Shown: positions 30,291-40,456 of the stretch, in pieces | Layout of the letters: each line of letters starts with the position of its first letter | How positions within the stretch are numbered: the stretch's first letter is position 1 | Origin: a bacterium | Lineage (GTDB): Bacteria; SM23-31 | Reading direction: 5' to 3' | Assembly: GCA_965249485.1 (NCBI GenBank) | Contig: OZ252239.1 | Location: 3,584,001-3,648,000, forward strand | Length of the DNA stretch: 64,000 nucleotides | Notes under the pieces: model-generated | What the model saw: only the letters and a program-made list of their open reading frames with translations | Told to the model about the DNA's origin: nothing | The model's database searches: none | Position numbers and translations under genes: made by a program

Positions 30291-30320
30291 TTGGTTTAAA
30301 GTGGGTTAAAATGGGTTAAA
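30291..30320 (+). promoter_or_regulatory. MraZ-binding direct repeats
   Basis: TTGGTTTAAA GTGGGTTAAA ATGGGTTAAA: three 10-bp-period TGG(G) repeats just downstream of the promoter. Confidence 0.7.
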
Positions 30321-30334
30321 AAGGATCCTTGGTA

Positions 30335-30535
30335 ATGGCTGATAACACATATGATTGCGACCATTCCGAACTGGAATATATTGGTGAACAAGAGCTTTTA
30401 GGCGGTGAATCTATTTCCTTATGCAACTGTTTGAAATGTCGTTCAACGATTTCGTTGCGAAATTCAAATGTGGAACAACTTTCTGTAATCAATTTGCCGT
30501 CTTACTTGCATAGTGAGCGGTTGCATTTCAAGTAA
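30335..30535 (+). CDS. Small Cys/His protein (66 aa, possible zinc-binding) heading the dcw operon
   Basis: MADNTYDCDHSELEYIGEQ…LCNCLKCRSTI; AAGGA RBS 9 nt upstream; lies between the promoter and mraZ. Confidence 0.5.
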   Translation: MADNTYDCDHSELEYIGEQELLGGESISLCNCLKCRSTISLRNSNVEQLSVINLPSYLHSERLHFK

Positions 30536-30565
30536 ATTACTTTATTAACATAACAGAATCAGACA

Positions 30566-31009
30566 ATGTCTTCATTCAAGGGCCAATTTCATTACACGTT
30601 AGACACCAAGGGGCGTCTGAATATTCCTGCGAAGTTTCGCAGGTCATTGGCTCCCGAGGCAAGCGAAACATTTGTGACTATACGTGGATTTGATCCTTGC
30701 CTTTTCCTCTATCCTCTGGATGAATGGAATAAGTTTGAAGAGAAACTCCGGCAGCTAACGGCAAACAAAAAGCACAACCGTCTTTTCATTCGAATGATTA
30801 CATCGAATGCTTCCGAGGATAGGTGTGACAAACAGGGACGAATTATTATTCCTTCCGAATTATTGAAAGTTGCTCAAATCGAACGTGACGTTTTGATTCT
30901 TGGCGTTCTTGACAGGATTGAAGTGTGGAATCCACAGATATACCAGGAAACACTCGATGCATCCGGTGAGAATTACGAAGACATTGCTGAAAATATTATT
31001 TTTAATTAA
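30566..31009 (+). CDS. mraZ: Division/cell wall cluster transcriptional repressor MraZ
   Basis: DTKGRLNIPAKFR and DKQGRIIIP repeats, RIEVW. Confidence 0.95.
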   Translation: MSSFKGQFHYTLDTKGRLNIPAKFRRSLAPEASETFVTIRGFDPCLFLYPLDEWNKFEEKLRQLTANKKHNRLFIRMITSNASEDRCDKQGRIIIPSELLKVAQIERDVLILGVLDRIEVWNPQIYQETLDASGENYEDIAENIIFN

Positions 31010-31190
31010 GTGTGATAATCCCGGATTTGGATTCACGATTAATCACGAAAGTTTTACGGCCCTGTAACAGATGTTTTTATAAGCGAAAAACTATCTTTGC
31101 CATTTTCTCGAGACCAGTATTGATGTAATGGTTCTGATGTTTTCACTACAAATTTTTCCTGCGAAAGCACAGTACCCGTTGTTGCCAGAT

Positions 31191-31234
31191 TGATATTGTC
31201 GACCCGCATCTTTGTATGCGGGTCGGCAGCATCA
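31191..31234 (+). other. Strong stem-loop in the mraZ-rsmH spacer
   Basis: TGATATTGTCGACCCGCAT-CTTTGT-ATGCGGGTCGGCAGCATCA: 19-position stem with one mismatch and two G-U pairs; no U-tract. Confidence 0.55.
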
Positions 31235-31269
31235 CATCAACCACTTTAGTGTATTGATTTGCGGTATCT

Positions 31270-32205
31270 ATGAACTCTGAGGCAATTGAGCATATACCTG
31301 TACTGGTGAACGAAATAATGGCAATGCTTATAACCGACAAGAACGGTATTTATTTAGACGGAACACTCGGTGACGGAGGATATTCGCGTGTTCTGCTGGA
31401 AAAGCTCGACAGCAGCGGCCGTGTCATTGCAACCGATTGGGATGACAGCTCAGTTCGGTTTGCCGACCAGTGGAAAAACGAATATGGGGATCGACTGGAT
31501 GTGCATCGCGCCAATTTTTCAGACATGCCACGAATATTAGAGAGTGCTGCAATTTCTGCAGTGCAGGGAATTGTGCTCGATCTCGGATTGTCATCTCGCC
31601 AGCTCGACGCTCCCGAAAGAGGTTTCAGCTACCGTTTTGACGGCCCGCTAACAATGAATATGGATAGTAATGCCGGAAATACAGCTTTCGATCTCATCAA
31701 TACAGCGTCATGGGATGAATTGAAGAAGATTTTTTTGAAATTCGGAGAAGAGCGACGCTCGGGCGCGCTTGCTACAATCATAACACGTGAGAGAGAAAAA
31801 AAAGCGATTTCGACAACGTTTGAGCTTGTTGGAATTATGCAAAAATACTGGCGACCCCGACATTTTACAAAATCTGCATCTCGGATTTTTCAGGCATTAC
31901 GCATTGCAGTCAACCATGAGTTGGAGAGTCTCGAAATGTTTTTGGAGTCCTGCTGGAAATTTCTTGTTCAAGGCGGCAGGATTGCGGTCGTTAGTTATCA
32001 CTCACTTGAAGATAGAATCGTGAAACAGACTTTCCGACAGCATGAATATCCATGCATTTGTCCGAGAGATTTTCCTGAATGCCGGTGCGGAAAAATTGCT
32101 GATGCGAAAGTTCTTACTAAAAGGCCTGTATACCCTTCTGAGGAAGAAATAACACGCAATTCAAGAGCACGAAGTGCAAGGCTGCGGGTTGCGGAAAAAA
32201 TATAG
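31270..32205 (+). CDS. rsmH: 16S rRNA m4C1402 methyltransferase RsmH (MraW)
   Basis: HIPVL, DGTLGDGG, DLGLSSRQLD, FQALRIAVN, SYHSLEDR, RARSARLR. Confidence 0.95.
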   Translation: MNSEAIEHIPVLVNEIMAMLITDKNGIYLDGTLGDGGYSRVLLEKLDSSGRVIATDWDDSSVRFADQWKNEYGDRLDVHRANFSDMPRILESAAISAVQGIVLDLGLSSRQLDAPERGFSYRFDGPLTMNMDSNAGNTAFDLINTASWDELKKIFLKFGEERRSGALATIITREREKKAISTTFELVGIMQKYWRPRHFTKSASRIFQALRIAVNHELESLEMFLESCWKFLVQGGRIAVVSYHSLEDRIVKQTFRQHEYPCICPRDFPECRCGKIADAKVLTKRPVYPSEEEITRNSRARSARLRVAEKI

Positions 32206-32217
32206 CGGTTACGTATT

Positions 32218-32631
32218 GTGACATATATTAAACAAAATATTCGGACTAACAAGCCAAGAACCAAAGGGCAGCGGGCATGGTCTCAAGCAAGGCCTGTTCA
32301 GAAACAGACCCGGGAAGCTCTACCCCTGAATCCCCCTGTTTCAATGTTGAAGGTATTGTTTCCTTTGGTCGGTATATGCAGCGCATTTATCCTGCTGATC
32401 TGGCTACAAATTCGGATAGATGAAACATCCAGGGTGATTACGGATTTAGAGCAGAGCATCAAAGACCAGATAAGTAAAAATCAGTATACCGCTCAGGAAC
32501 TGGATAGAGCGTCGTCCTATGCGTTGATTTATCACAGTGCACAAACCAGGTTCGGAATGGATCTTCCAAAGGGATCTAAGGTGTTTTTGTATGTTCCTGA
32601 TGAAATTCTGTTATTAAAAGGTCAACAATAA
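32218..32631 (+). CDS. ftsL: Cell division protein FtsL-like
   Basis: Basic N-term, single TM, coiled coil; position between rsmH and ftsI. Confidence 0.6.
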   Translation: MTYIKQNIRTNKPRTKGQRAWSQARPVQKQTREALPLNPPVSMLKVLFPLVGICSAFILLIWLQIRIDETSRVITDLEQSIKDQISKNQYTAQELDRASSYALIYHSAQTRFGMDLPKGSKVFLYVPDEILLLKGQQ

Positions 32632-32648
32632 ATTACAATAAGAGATAT

Positions 32649-34751
32649 ATGTTTACTGGTTCCCGACTAAAATTACTTGGAATATTTGTTGCAACCGTTT
32701 GGTGTGTATTGGCGTGCCGTCTCTTCTACATTCAGGTCTACCACGGCAACACTTTTGAAAGTCTCGGCAAAAGCCAGCATTTACGCGAAGAAATCCTGCA
32801 GCCTCTGCGGGGATCTATACTTGACAGATACGGAAAAATACTTTCAACCGATCTTGCATATTACGAATTTGCCGCAGAACCACCGCGCGTAAAAAATTCC
32901 CGACAAGTGGCGTCGGTCTTTGCTTCCGCCCTCGGCAAGCCGCAGTCACAGTACTTGGAGAAGCTGAATCAAAACAGAAAATTCGTTTACCTCGACAGAA
33001 AAGTACCTGCACAAAAAGCTGATATAATCCTAAATGAAAATCTGCGCGGTGTTTATTACACTGCTGAATATAAACGGTTTTATCCTGATGGAGAAATAAC
33101 CGGTCCACTCGTTGGCTTTACTAATATTGACAATCTCGGCATAGAAGGTTTGGAGTATAAATTTGATTCGGTACTTACAGGAACATCCGGCAAAGAAATT
33201 GTCACTACAGATGCTCTCGGAAATCTTAAAAAAGACTTTAACCATCCCGTCCAGAACGCGATCAACGGGAATTCAATAATAACAACGCTTGATCTTGATT
33301 GTCAAACGATTGCATATGAAGAATTAATAAATGCACTCAATGCGCACAATGCCATATCCGGAACAGTTATCCTTATGGATCCAAATACCAGTGAAGTATT
33401 GGCAATGGTCACTCTCCCCTCTTTCGACAGCAACAATCCGGCGGAAGCTCCCGTACATCTGAGAAAAAATCGGAGTATTAATGATACTTTCGAGCCCGGA
33501 TCAATATTCAAGCTTGTGACAGCGGCCGCTGCATTTGAGCATGGTACCGTGAAATCCGAAGATATGATTTATTGTGAAGACGGCAAATATAAGATTGGAA
33601 ACAGAACTCTTCATGATTCGAAACCGCACGGCCTCTTGAGCGCGAATGAGGTCTTCGAGTATTCAAGTAATATTGGAACATACAAGATTGCGGAAAAAAT
33701 CGGTAGCGATCAACTTTACCGTTATGCTCGTAGGTTTGGTTTCGGAACGGAAACAGGGATAGATTTAAATGGTGAATCTACTGGAATAGTGAGAACTACC
33801 GATAAGTGGTCTAATCACTCCCTTGCGTCATTTGCAATCGGTCAGGAAGTAACGGTCAATGCTCTGCAAATACTTAATGCATTTGCAGCAATAGCCAATG
33901 GCGGGACGCTGATGAAGCCGCATATAGTCAAAGCTATTATCGATGAGGCGGGAACTATTGTTAGTAAATATGAACCGCAAAAAATTAGACGGGTTGTTTC
34001 GAGCAGTACTGCACAGAAATTAACCGAAATTTTTGAAGGTGTCGTTGATCATGGAACTGGCGTCAGGGCACAAATGCCAGGGGGACTGCTTGCAGGTAAA
34101 ACAGGAACAGCACAGAAAGTTGATCCTGATACGAGAGCATATTCAAACACAAATTATGTTGCCTCATTTGTCGGTTATTACCCTTCCCGCAATTCTAAAA
34201 TTGTTGGCATTGCGCTCCTTGATTCTCCAGAAGGTGGACATATTGGCGGAATAGTTGCCGCACCAATTTTGAAAAACATATTTATGCGTATTATGCACAA
34301 TCCGAGAAGTAGCTTGTTTGCTTCATTTACACAGCTTTCCGAGAGTGATGAAACATCCCTTTCCCTCTGGGATCGAATTAAAGATTTTTGGGGAACAACC
34401 GAGACAGCATTAGCAGGAAGCATTTCTGACAACGAACCTTTACAATATTCTTTCTATTCTTCTCCATCTGTTTCAGAAGTTGATTCTGATGAATCGGTTT
34501 ATGTGCCGGTTGACAAAAAGATGCCTCCACCTATTCCAATGGCAATAAAAGAACAAGATAACCCAATTGAGTTAACAATACCCGATGTACGCGGTCTGTC
34601 TATTCGGGATGCGGTAACACTCCTAACACAGAGCGGCCTTGATTTTGAAATTAATTGTTCCGGGATTGTAACAAAGCAATCACCGCAGCCCGGTAAGCAG
34701 TTGTTACGCGGATCCGTCGTCTATTTATCCGGCAAAACCGATGAATATTAA
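32649..34751 (+). CDS. ftsI: Class B penicillin-binding protein FtsI with C-terminal PASTA domain
   Basis: RGSILDR, EPGSIFK (SxxK), SSN, KTGTAQK, IPDVRGLSIRDA. Confidence 0.9.
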   Translation: MFTGSRLKLLGIFVATVWCVLACRLFYIQVYHGNTFESLGKSQHLREEILQPLRGSILDRYGKILSTDLAYYEFAAEPPRVKNSRQVASVFASALGKPQSQYLEKLNQNRKFVYLDRKVPAQKADIILNENLRGVYYTAEYKRFYPDGEITGPLVGFTNIDNLGIEGLEYKFDSVLTGTSGKEIVTTDALGNLKKDFNHPVQNAINGNSIITTLDLDCQTIAYEELINALNAHNAISGTVILMDPNTSEVLAMVTLPSFDSNNPAEAPVHLRKNRSINDTFEPGSIFKLVTAAAAFEHGTVKSEDMIYCEDGKYKIGNRTLHDSKPHGLLSANEVFEYSSNIGTYKIAEKIGSDQLYRYARRFGFGTETGIDLNGESTGIVRTTDKWSNHSLASFAIGQEVTVNALQILNAFAAIANGGTLMKPHIVKAIIDEAGTIVSKYEPQKIRRVVSSSTAQKLTEIFEGVVDHGTGVRAQMPGGLLAGKTGTAQKVDPDTRAYSNTNYVASFVGYYPSRNSKIVGIALLDSPEGGHIGGIVAAPILKNIFMRIMHNPRSSLFASFTQLSESDETSLSLWDRIKDFWGTTETALAGSISDNEPLQYSFYSSPSVSEVDSDESVYVPVDKKMPPPIPMAIKEQDNPIELTIPDVRGLSIRDAVTLLTQSGLDFEINCSGIVTKQSPQPGKQLLRGSVVYLSGKTDEY

Positions 34752-34872
34752 TGTATGGATTTGCTGATTACTTATTAAAAGATTCATTGAAAATTATCTA
34801 TGTTAATTGTTGGAATGTTTAGGATAATCTGAAGATGTACAGTAAGCGGCTTTTGAACCATAATTGTTACGT

Positions 34873-36336
34873 ATGAAACGTCTATCTGATTTACTGAGCG
34901 GAGTTGATATTATTCAGCAATCCGGAGATAGTACTGTTCAAATACGAGAGATTCAGTACGATTCCCGAGAAGTGTCCCCAGGTGATCTGTTCGTAGCCAT
35001 CAAGGGGGGAACCTATGATGGTCACGAATATATTGATGCAGCAATCCGGCGAAGGGCGAGTGCTGTTGTCGGTAACAATCCTCCTCCCGACGACAGAATA
35101 CCCTATGTACAGGTCGGAAACACCCGTAAAGTTTTAGCCGAAATAGCGGCAGCATTTTACGGACATCCCGGACGTTCACTTTCTCTGATCGGCATTACAG
35201 GAACAAATGGCAAAACCTCTACCGCATTTCTTATTGAAAGCATCCTGAAACAACATGGGCTGCGGACGGGTTTGCTCGGTACTGTTATGTATAGAATCGG
35301 AGATGAAGATCGGACCGCGGATTGGACAACGCCGGAGTCAACAACACTGCAGCAATTACTTGCTGTCATGCTCGAGGCTACCACAGAAACTGTTGTGATG
35401 GAGCTGTCTTCACATGCGCTCGATCAATACAGGGCTGAAGGGCTGGCATTCAGGTTGGCTGTTTTTACCAATCTGACTCAAGATCATCTGGACTACCACC
35501 GGTCTATGGCAGACTACGCAGCCGCAAAGCAGCGATTGTTTGCACAGGTCGATGCCGTTAAGGGCGAAAATATAATTAACGGTGACGACACCCGAAGCAG
35601 AGAGATGATTCAAGTGAATCATAGACCGGTCTTTACTTATTCTGCCACTGCGGGGAAGGCTGATGTCTTCCCCGTTAGTGCGGAATATTCGAGCAGGGGT
35701 AGCACACTGGTACTTCGAACATCGGATGGAGACATAGTACTCAATACTCTCCTACCCGGCAAACACAATGTTTATAATATCATGGCGGCTGTGTCAGCAG
35801 GAATATGCCTGAATATCCCTCTTGAGCAAATTAAAAACGGAATCGAAGCTGTTACAACCATTCCTGGACGACTTGAGCACATTGACGAAGGCCAGCCGTT
35901 CAGCGTTCTGGTCGATTATGCTCATACTCCTGATGCAATGGAAATCGTGATCACATCCTTGAAGCAAGTAACCTCCGGCAGTCTCATTGTATTGTTCGGC
36001 TGCGGCGGAGACCGTGACAAAGGGAAGCGGCCATTGATGGGATCAATTGCCGATACCTACGCAGACACCGCTATTCTGACAACCGATAATCCTCGAACTG
36101 AGGATCCTGAGCAGATCATACAAGACACATTGCAGGGTGTTACGAACCGAGATAAGATGATGATAGTACTCGACAGGAGTGATGCAATACAAACAGCGTT
36201 AGACCGTGCAAGTGATGATGACTGCGTTTTAATACTCGGTAAGGGACATGAGCAGTACCAGTTGATAGGAAAAGAGAAGCTCCCCTTTGACGACAGGCAG
36301 ATTACTCGGGAGTTATTACATAAAAAATACAATTAA
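34873..36336 (+). CDS. murE: UDP-MurNAc-dipeptide--meso-DAP ligase
   Basis: GITGTNGKTS, TTPES, FTNLTQDHLDYH, DYAHTPD, DNPR (DAP specificity), GKGHE. Confidence 0.95.
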   Translation: MKRLSDLLSGVDIIQQSGDSTVQIREIQYDSREVSPGDLFVAIKGGTYDGHEYIDAAIRRRASAVVGNNPPPDDRIPYVQVGNTRKVLAEIAAAFYGHPGRSLSLIGITGTNGKTSTAFLIESILKQHGLRTGLLGTVMYRIGDEDRTADWTTPESTTLQQLLAVMLEATTETVVMELSSHALDQYRAEGLAFRLAVFTNLTQDHLDYHRSMADYAAAKQRLFAQVDAVKGENIINGDDTRSREMIQVNHRPVFTYSATAGKADVFPVSAEYSSRGSTLVLRTSDGDIVLNTLLPGKHNVYNIMAAVSAGICLNIPLEQIKNGIEAVTTIPGRLEHIDEGQPFSVLVDYAHTPDAMEIVITSLKQVTSGSLIVLFGCGGDRDKGKRPLMGSIADTYADTAILTTDNPRTEDPEQIIQDTLQGVTNRDKMMIVLDRSDAIQTALDRASDDDCVLILGKGHEQYQLIGKEKLPFDDRQITRELLHKKYN

Positions 36337-36390
36337 TTATTAATCGATTGAAATTCAAAATCAGACACTGGGAACAGGGCACTTCTAATA

Positions 36391-37785
36391 ATGAGCAGTA
36401 TGACGCTCCAAGATTTTTTGCTCCTCAGCGATGTAAACGTTTTCATACCGAATGACTCGGAGCAAAAGAATCTGACCGGTGTTTCGATAGACTCTCGCAC
36501 GGTTTGTGACGGGAATGTGTTCTTTGCCATTCAGGGGGAGCGGTTTGACGGACATGACTTTTTGACCGACGTCATTGCGAAAGGCATATCCGCTGTTGTA
36601 GTACATAGTGACTGGGAATCTCCGTCAGACAAACAGTGGGAATTTGTTGCCATTATTCGTGTAGAAGACACGACAAAAGCGCTCGGTGAATATGCCGCAA
36701 ATTTTCGCAATAAGTTTGATATTCCTGTTGTCGGTATCACCGGAACCAACGGAAAAACCACAACAAAGGAAATGGCGGCCTTGGTTTTGTCACAGCAGAT
36801 GGAAACAGTAAAGACTCAGGGAAACTTTAACAATCAATTTGGTCTGCCGTTAACACTTTTTCAGATTTCTGATACGACGGAGGCCGCGGTAGTTGAATTA
36901 GGTGCGAGTTTTCCCGGTGAGATAGCAATGCTGAGTAAAATTGCACAACCGACGCATGGAATCATCACCAATATCGGCAAAGGTCATATGGAATTTTTCA
37001 AGTCGATTGAAGAAGTGACACGGACAAAAGCAGCACTGATCGAAGCGCTACCTGCCAACGGAACCGGGATTGTCAATGGAGATGATGAATCGCTGAAGCC
37101 GATATACGAAGAACTGAATACGGTAATGACATTCGGATTCGGGAAAAATGTCGATTTCCGGGGTGATTCGGCAAAAATGGATAAACGTGGTTGCTATTCG
37201 TTTATGGTGAACGGATCGTATCGGGTGTCACTCAATGTTCCGGGACGCAACAATATGTATAACGCACTGGCGGCAGTGGCGGCAGGAACGGTTTTGAATA
37301 TGGATGAAACATTGATTGTTAAAGGAATTCAAGCATATAAAAGCTTCACACAACGGACTGAAATAACCGAATGGAGCGGTGTAACGATTATTAATGACTC
37401 GTATAATGCTAATCCTGATTCAACAGAGGCTGCTCTTGAGTTGCTGGCTGAGTATCCGGGTGAAACCGGGTGCAGGCGATTTGCTGTCTTGGGCAATATG
37501 TTGGAGCTTGGCGCTATGAGCCGGATAGAGCATGAGTTGATCGGGCATTCTGCTGTAAGGTATGAAGTTGACACAATTATTACTGTTGGAAATGAAGCAC
37601 AATATATTGTTGATGCTGCACAAAGTGATGGCCACAAAGATTCTGTTCATTGTAGTAATCACAATGACGCAGCAGATTTATTATCCCGTGAGTTGCAAGC
37701 AGGAGACATACTGCTCATTAAAGGCTCCCGAGGCTGCAGAATGGAAATGGTGCTTGAATATCTTTTTGAATACACTCTTTCCTGA
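36391..37785 (+). CDS. murF: UDP-MurNAc-tripeptide--D-Ala-D-Ala ligase
   Basis: GITGTNGKTTTKE, GNFNNQFGLP, NDSYNANP, MLELG, KGSRG. Confidence 0.95.
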   Translation: MSSMTLQDFLLLSDVNVFIPNDSEQKNLTGVSIDSRTVCDGNVFFAIQGERFDGHDFLTDVIAKGISAVVVHSDWESPSDKQWEFVAIIRVEDTTKALGEYAANFRNKFDIPVVGITGTNGKTTTKEMAALVLSQQMETVKTQGNFNNQFGLPLTLFQISDTTEAAVVELGASFPGEIAMLSKIAQPTHGIITNIGKGHMEFFKSIEEVTRTKAALIEALPANGTGIVNGDDESLKPIYEELNTVMTFGFGKNVDFRGDSAKMDKRGCYSFMVNGSYRVSLNVPGRNNMYNALAAVAAGTVLNMDETLIVKGIQAYKSFTQRTEITEWSGVTIINDSYNANPDSTEAALELLAEYPGETGCRRFAVLGNMLELGAMSRIEHELIGHSAVRYEVDTIITVGNEAQYIVDAAQSDGHKDSVHCSNHNDAADLLSRELQAGDILLIKGSRGCRMEMVLEYLFEYTLS

Positions 37786-37855
37786 CATTTTATCAGATTA
37801 TAAAGAGTGTTGAAAGTCTTCGTAAAGCGATATTGGTTATTTCATAGAAGATAAT

Positions 37856-39238
37856 GTGGATAGTACAAAAATCACGGTTCATAATAAAAAGTTTGCAGTG
37901 CTCGGGGGGGGGCGCAGCGGATCAGCTGCAGCCAGGCTGCTTCTGAAACACGGCGCTTATGTTTTTTTGAGTGACAGTACAATTTCATCAGATTTAAAGA
38001 ATATATGTGATGCAATAGCACAACAAAATTCGGAAAGATTTGAATTTGAATTAGCGCACCATTCAGATAAAATTTTCGAGTACTCTGACGCATGTATTGT
38101 CAGTCCGGGTATCGGACTCGATGTTCCGATAATTGCTCAGACACAGGAGCGCGGCATACCGGTTTATGGGGAGTTAGAGCTCGCATCACGTTTTTGCACG
38201 AATCCCCTCATTGCCGTTACCGGAACAAACGGAAAATCGACCGTTGTCATGATGCTCGATTCGATATTCAATTCGGCTGAAAAACCGAGACGTGTTGTAG
38301 GCAACATCGGCAATGCATTTGCTGATGAAGTTGATGATCTTGAACTTGATGAAACAGTGATTCTGGAGGTTTCGAGTTTTCAATTGGAAACGATAGAGAC
38401 GTTTCATCCAAATACAGCAGTAATTTTAAACGTATCGCCAGACCATATGTACCGGCATAATACCATGGAAGACTATGTCAGCAGTAAGCTTCGTATCGGA
38501 GAGAATCAGACAGAAGAAGATGTGTTGATCTTCAATCATAACGATCCTTATCTGCAAAAGATTACCGCTTCGGGAAGAGCGACTCGATGGTGGTTTGATA
38601 ATGAACATGCAGTTGACCGGGGAGCAGGCGTCAGAAACGACATCTTGTATCTCTACGACAACGGAAAAGAAAAAGAGGTTTTACCGATCCGGGAGCTGCC
38701 TGTTGCAGGTCCGCATAATGTTGCGAACGCACTTGCCGCTGCCGCTGCGGCCGGGTTTTCAGAGATAAATGTAGAACACATTCGAAATGGATTGAAGAAT
38801 TTCAAAGGGCTGGAACATCGGCTTGAAGATGTCGGGACTATAAACGGAATAACTTTTATCAACGACTCAAAGGCGACAAACATCGATGCTTTAATGGTCG
38901 CTCTCAGATCATTCAAAAAACCCGTAACACTCATTGCAGGAGGTACAGATAAAGGAAGTGATTTATCGATTGCAAACACTCTTATAGAGGACAAGGTTAA
39001 AAATCTGATTCTTATTGGTGAAGCAGCAGATAGAATGGAAAACGTCTGGAGTGATCTGGTTGATACATTAGCCAAGTTGAAAAGTTTGCACGATGCAATT
39101 TCGAGCGCATTTGTGAATGCTGACGAAGGTGATGTTATTCTTCTCTCCCCCGGTTGTGCAAGCTTTGATATGTTTTCCAGCTTTGAAGAACGGGGTAAAG
39201 TCTTTAAACATATTGTGAAATCATTACGAAAACACTAG
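37856..39238 (+). CDS. murD: UDP-MurNAc-L-Ala--D-Glu ligase
   Basis: VTGTNGKST, LEVSSFQLE, HRLE, NDSKATN, LSPGCASFDMF. Confidence 0.95.
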   Translation: MDSTKITVHNKKFAVLGGGRSGSAAARLLLKHGAYVFLSDSTISSDLKNICDAIAQQNSERFEFELAHHSDKIFEYSDACIVSPGIGLDVPIIAQTQERGIPVYGELELASRFCTNPLIAVTGTNGKSTVVMMLDSIFNSAEKPRRVVGNIGNAFADEVDDLELDETVILEVSSFQLETIETFHPNTAVILNVSPDHMYRHNTMEDYVSSKLRIGENQTEEDVLIFNHNDPYLQKITASGRATRWWFDNEHAVDRGAGVRNDILYLYDNGKEKEVLPIRELPVAGPHNVANALAAAAAAGFSEINVEHIRNGLKNFKGLEHRLEDVGTINGITFINDSKATNIDALMVALRSFKKPVTLIAGGTDKGSDLSIANTLIEDKVKNLILIGEAADRMENVWSDLVDTLAKLKSLHDAISSAFVNADEGDVILLSPGCASFDMFSSFEERGKVFKHIVKSLRKH

Positions 39239-39265
39239 CAATATTTTTTGATATAAAAAAAGGTT

Positions 39266-40420
39266 ATGTACAAAAAAAATTCAACAGACTACACTCTTTT
39301 TATCACCATATTTGTTCTTGTAGCAATTGGGATTGTTATGGTGTATAGTGCAAGTTTTGCAGTTGCATCTTCTAAATTCGACGACGCTCATTTCTTCTTG
39401 AAACGCCATTTATTGCGCGTCTGTTTTGGCATAATAATTATGCTTTTCTTATCAAGAATCAATTATCAAGTGTTCTCAAAGTGCGCAATATTTGGATTAT
39501 ATGTCTCGTTTGGCCTCTTATTCTATATGGTTTTCATTCAATCCGGTACGGTTAAAAGTGCCAACAGATGGATTGAGATTGGATCATTCTCGTTTCAACC
39601 GTCGGAATTTGCGAAATACGCTCTAATCCTCTATCTCGCAGACACTCTGACAAGAAAGCGTGAAAAACTCTGGAGTCTTGTTGATGGATATCTCCCGTTA
39701 TTTTTAATTGTTTTGGGAATTGTGTTTTTGATTTTTCTTGAACCGGACTTTTCAAGTGCGGTGTTTTTGACGGCAATTGCATTTATGCTATTTTACATTG
39801 GCCAAATAAGAATAAAACACCTCGCTCTGACCGGATTGGCTGCCATTCCTGTTGCATACGGTGCAGTATTGAATTCACCGTACCGTATTCAGCGGCTAAT
39901 GGGATTCCTCAATCCCCAGACCGATTTATTAGGCAGTAACTATCAGATTAATCAATCACTTATAAGTCTCGGGAGCGGCGGCGTATTCGGTGTAGGAATC
40001 GGCAACAGCAAAGAGAAACTGCTCTACCTTCCGGAGCCGTTTACCGATTTTATATTTTCGATAATCGGCGAAGAATTCGGTTTCATCGGCACTTTTATTG
40101 TTTTGACACTATTTCTGATATTTTTCTGGCGCGGTATCGTTATTGCCCAACGTGCGCATGACCCGTTTGGTTCACTCCTGGCGATAGGTATAACCATCAG
40201 CATTGTTCTTGCAGCCTTTGTCAATGTTGGTGTCGTGAGCGGGCTGCTTCCGACAACCGGTCTGTCTATACCCTTCATCAGTTACGGCGGAACATCGCTG
40301 CTATGCTCGCTGGGCGCGTGCGGCATCTTGCTAAACATAGCGAGACAGAAAAGTCTGAAACAGGTAAAAAGGAAATCTAAACAACAAAGATATGCAACAC
40401 AGTATACGAAAACTGTGTAA
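39266..40420 (+). CDS. ftsW: SEDS peptidoglycan polymerase FtsW
   Basis: MVYSAS, RWI…QPSEFAK, LPEPFTDFIFSIIGEE, PFISYGG. Confidence 0.95.
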   Translation: MYKKNSTDYTLFITIFVLVAIGIVMVYSASFAVASSKFDDAHFFLKRHLLRVCFGIIIMLFLSRINYQVFSKCAIFGLYVSFGLLFYMVFIQSGTVKSANRWIEIGSFSFQPSEFAKYALILYLADTLTRKREKLWSLVDGYLPLFLIVLGIVFLIFLEPDFSSAVFLTAIAFMLFYIGQIRIKHLALTGLAAIPVAYGAVLNSPYRIQRLMGFLNPQTDLLGSNYQINQSLISLGSGGVFGVGIGNSKEKLLYLPEPFTDFIFSIIGEEFGFIGTFIVLTLFLIFFWRGIVIAQRAHDPFGSLLAIGITISIVLAAFVNVGVVSGLLPTTGLSIPFISYGGTSLLCSLGACGILLNIARQKSLKQVKRKSKQQRYATQYTKTV

Positions 40421-40456
40421 CATTCTTGAAACATTGAGAACTGTTGTAATTCAAGT

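Noticed and set aside
30291..30320. Short direct repeats as a CRISPR or iteron array
   Set aside because: Three contiguous 10-mers without spacers, in the position expected for MraZ boxes.
37741..37855. murF end (VLEYLFEY) resembles an MraY N-terminus, suggesting a deletion scar
   Set aside because: MEMVLEYL is a normal MurF ending and no further MraY-like sequence follows in any frame examined; probably coincidence.
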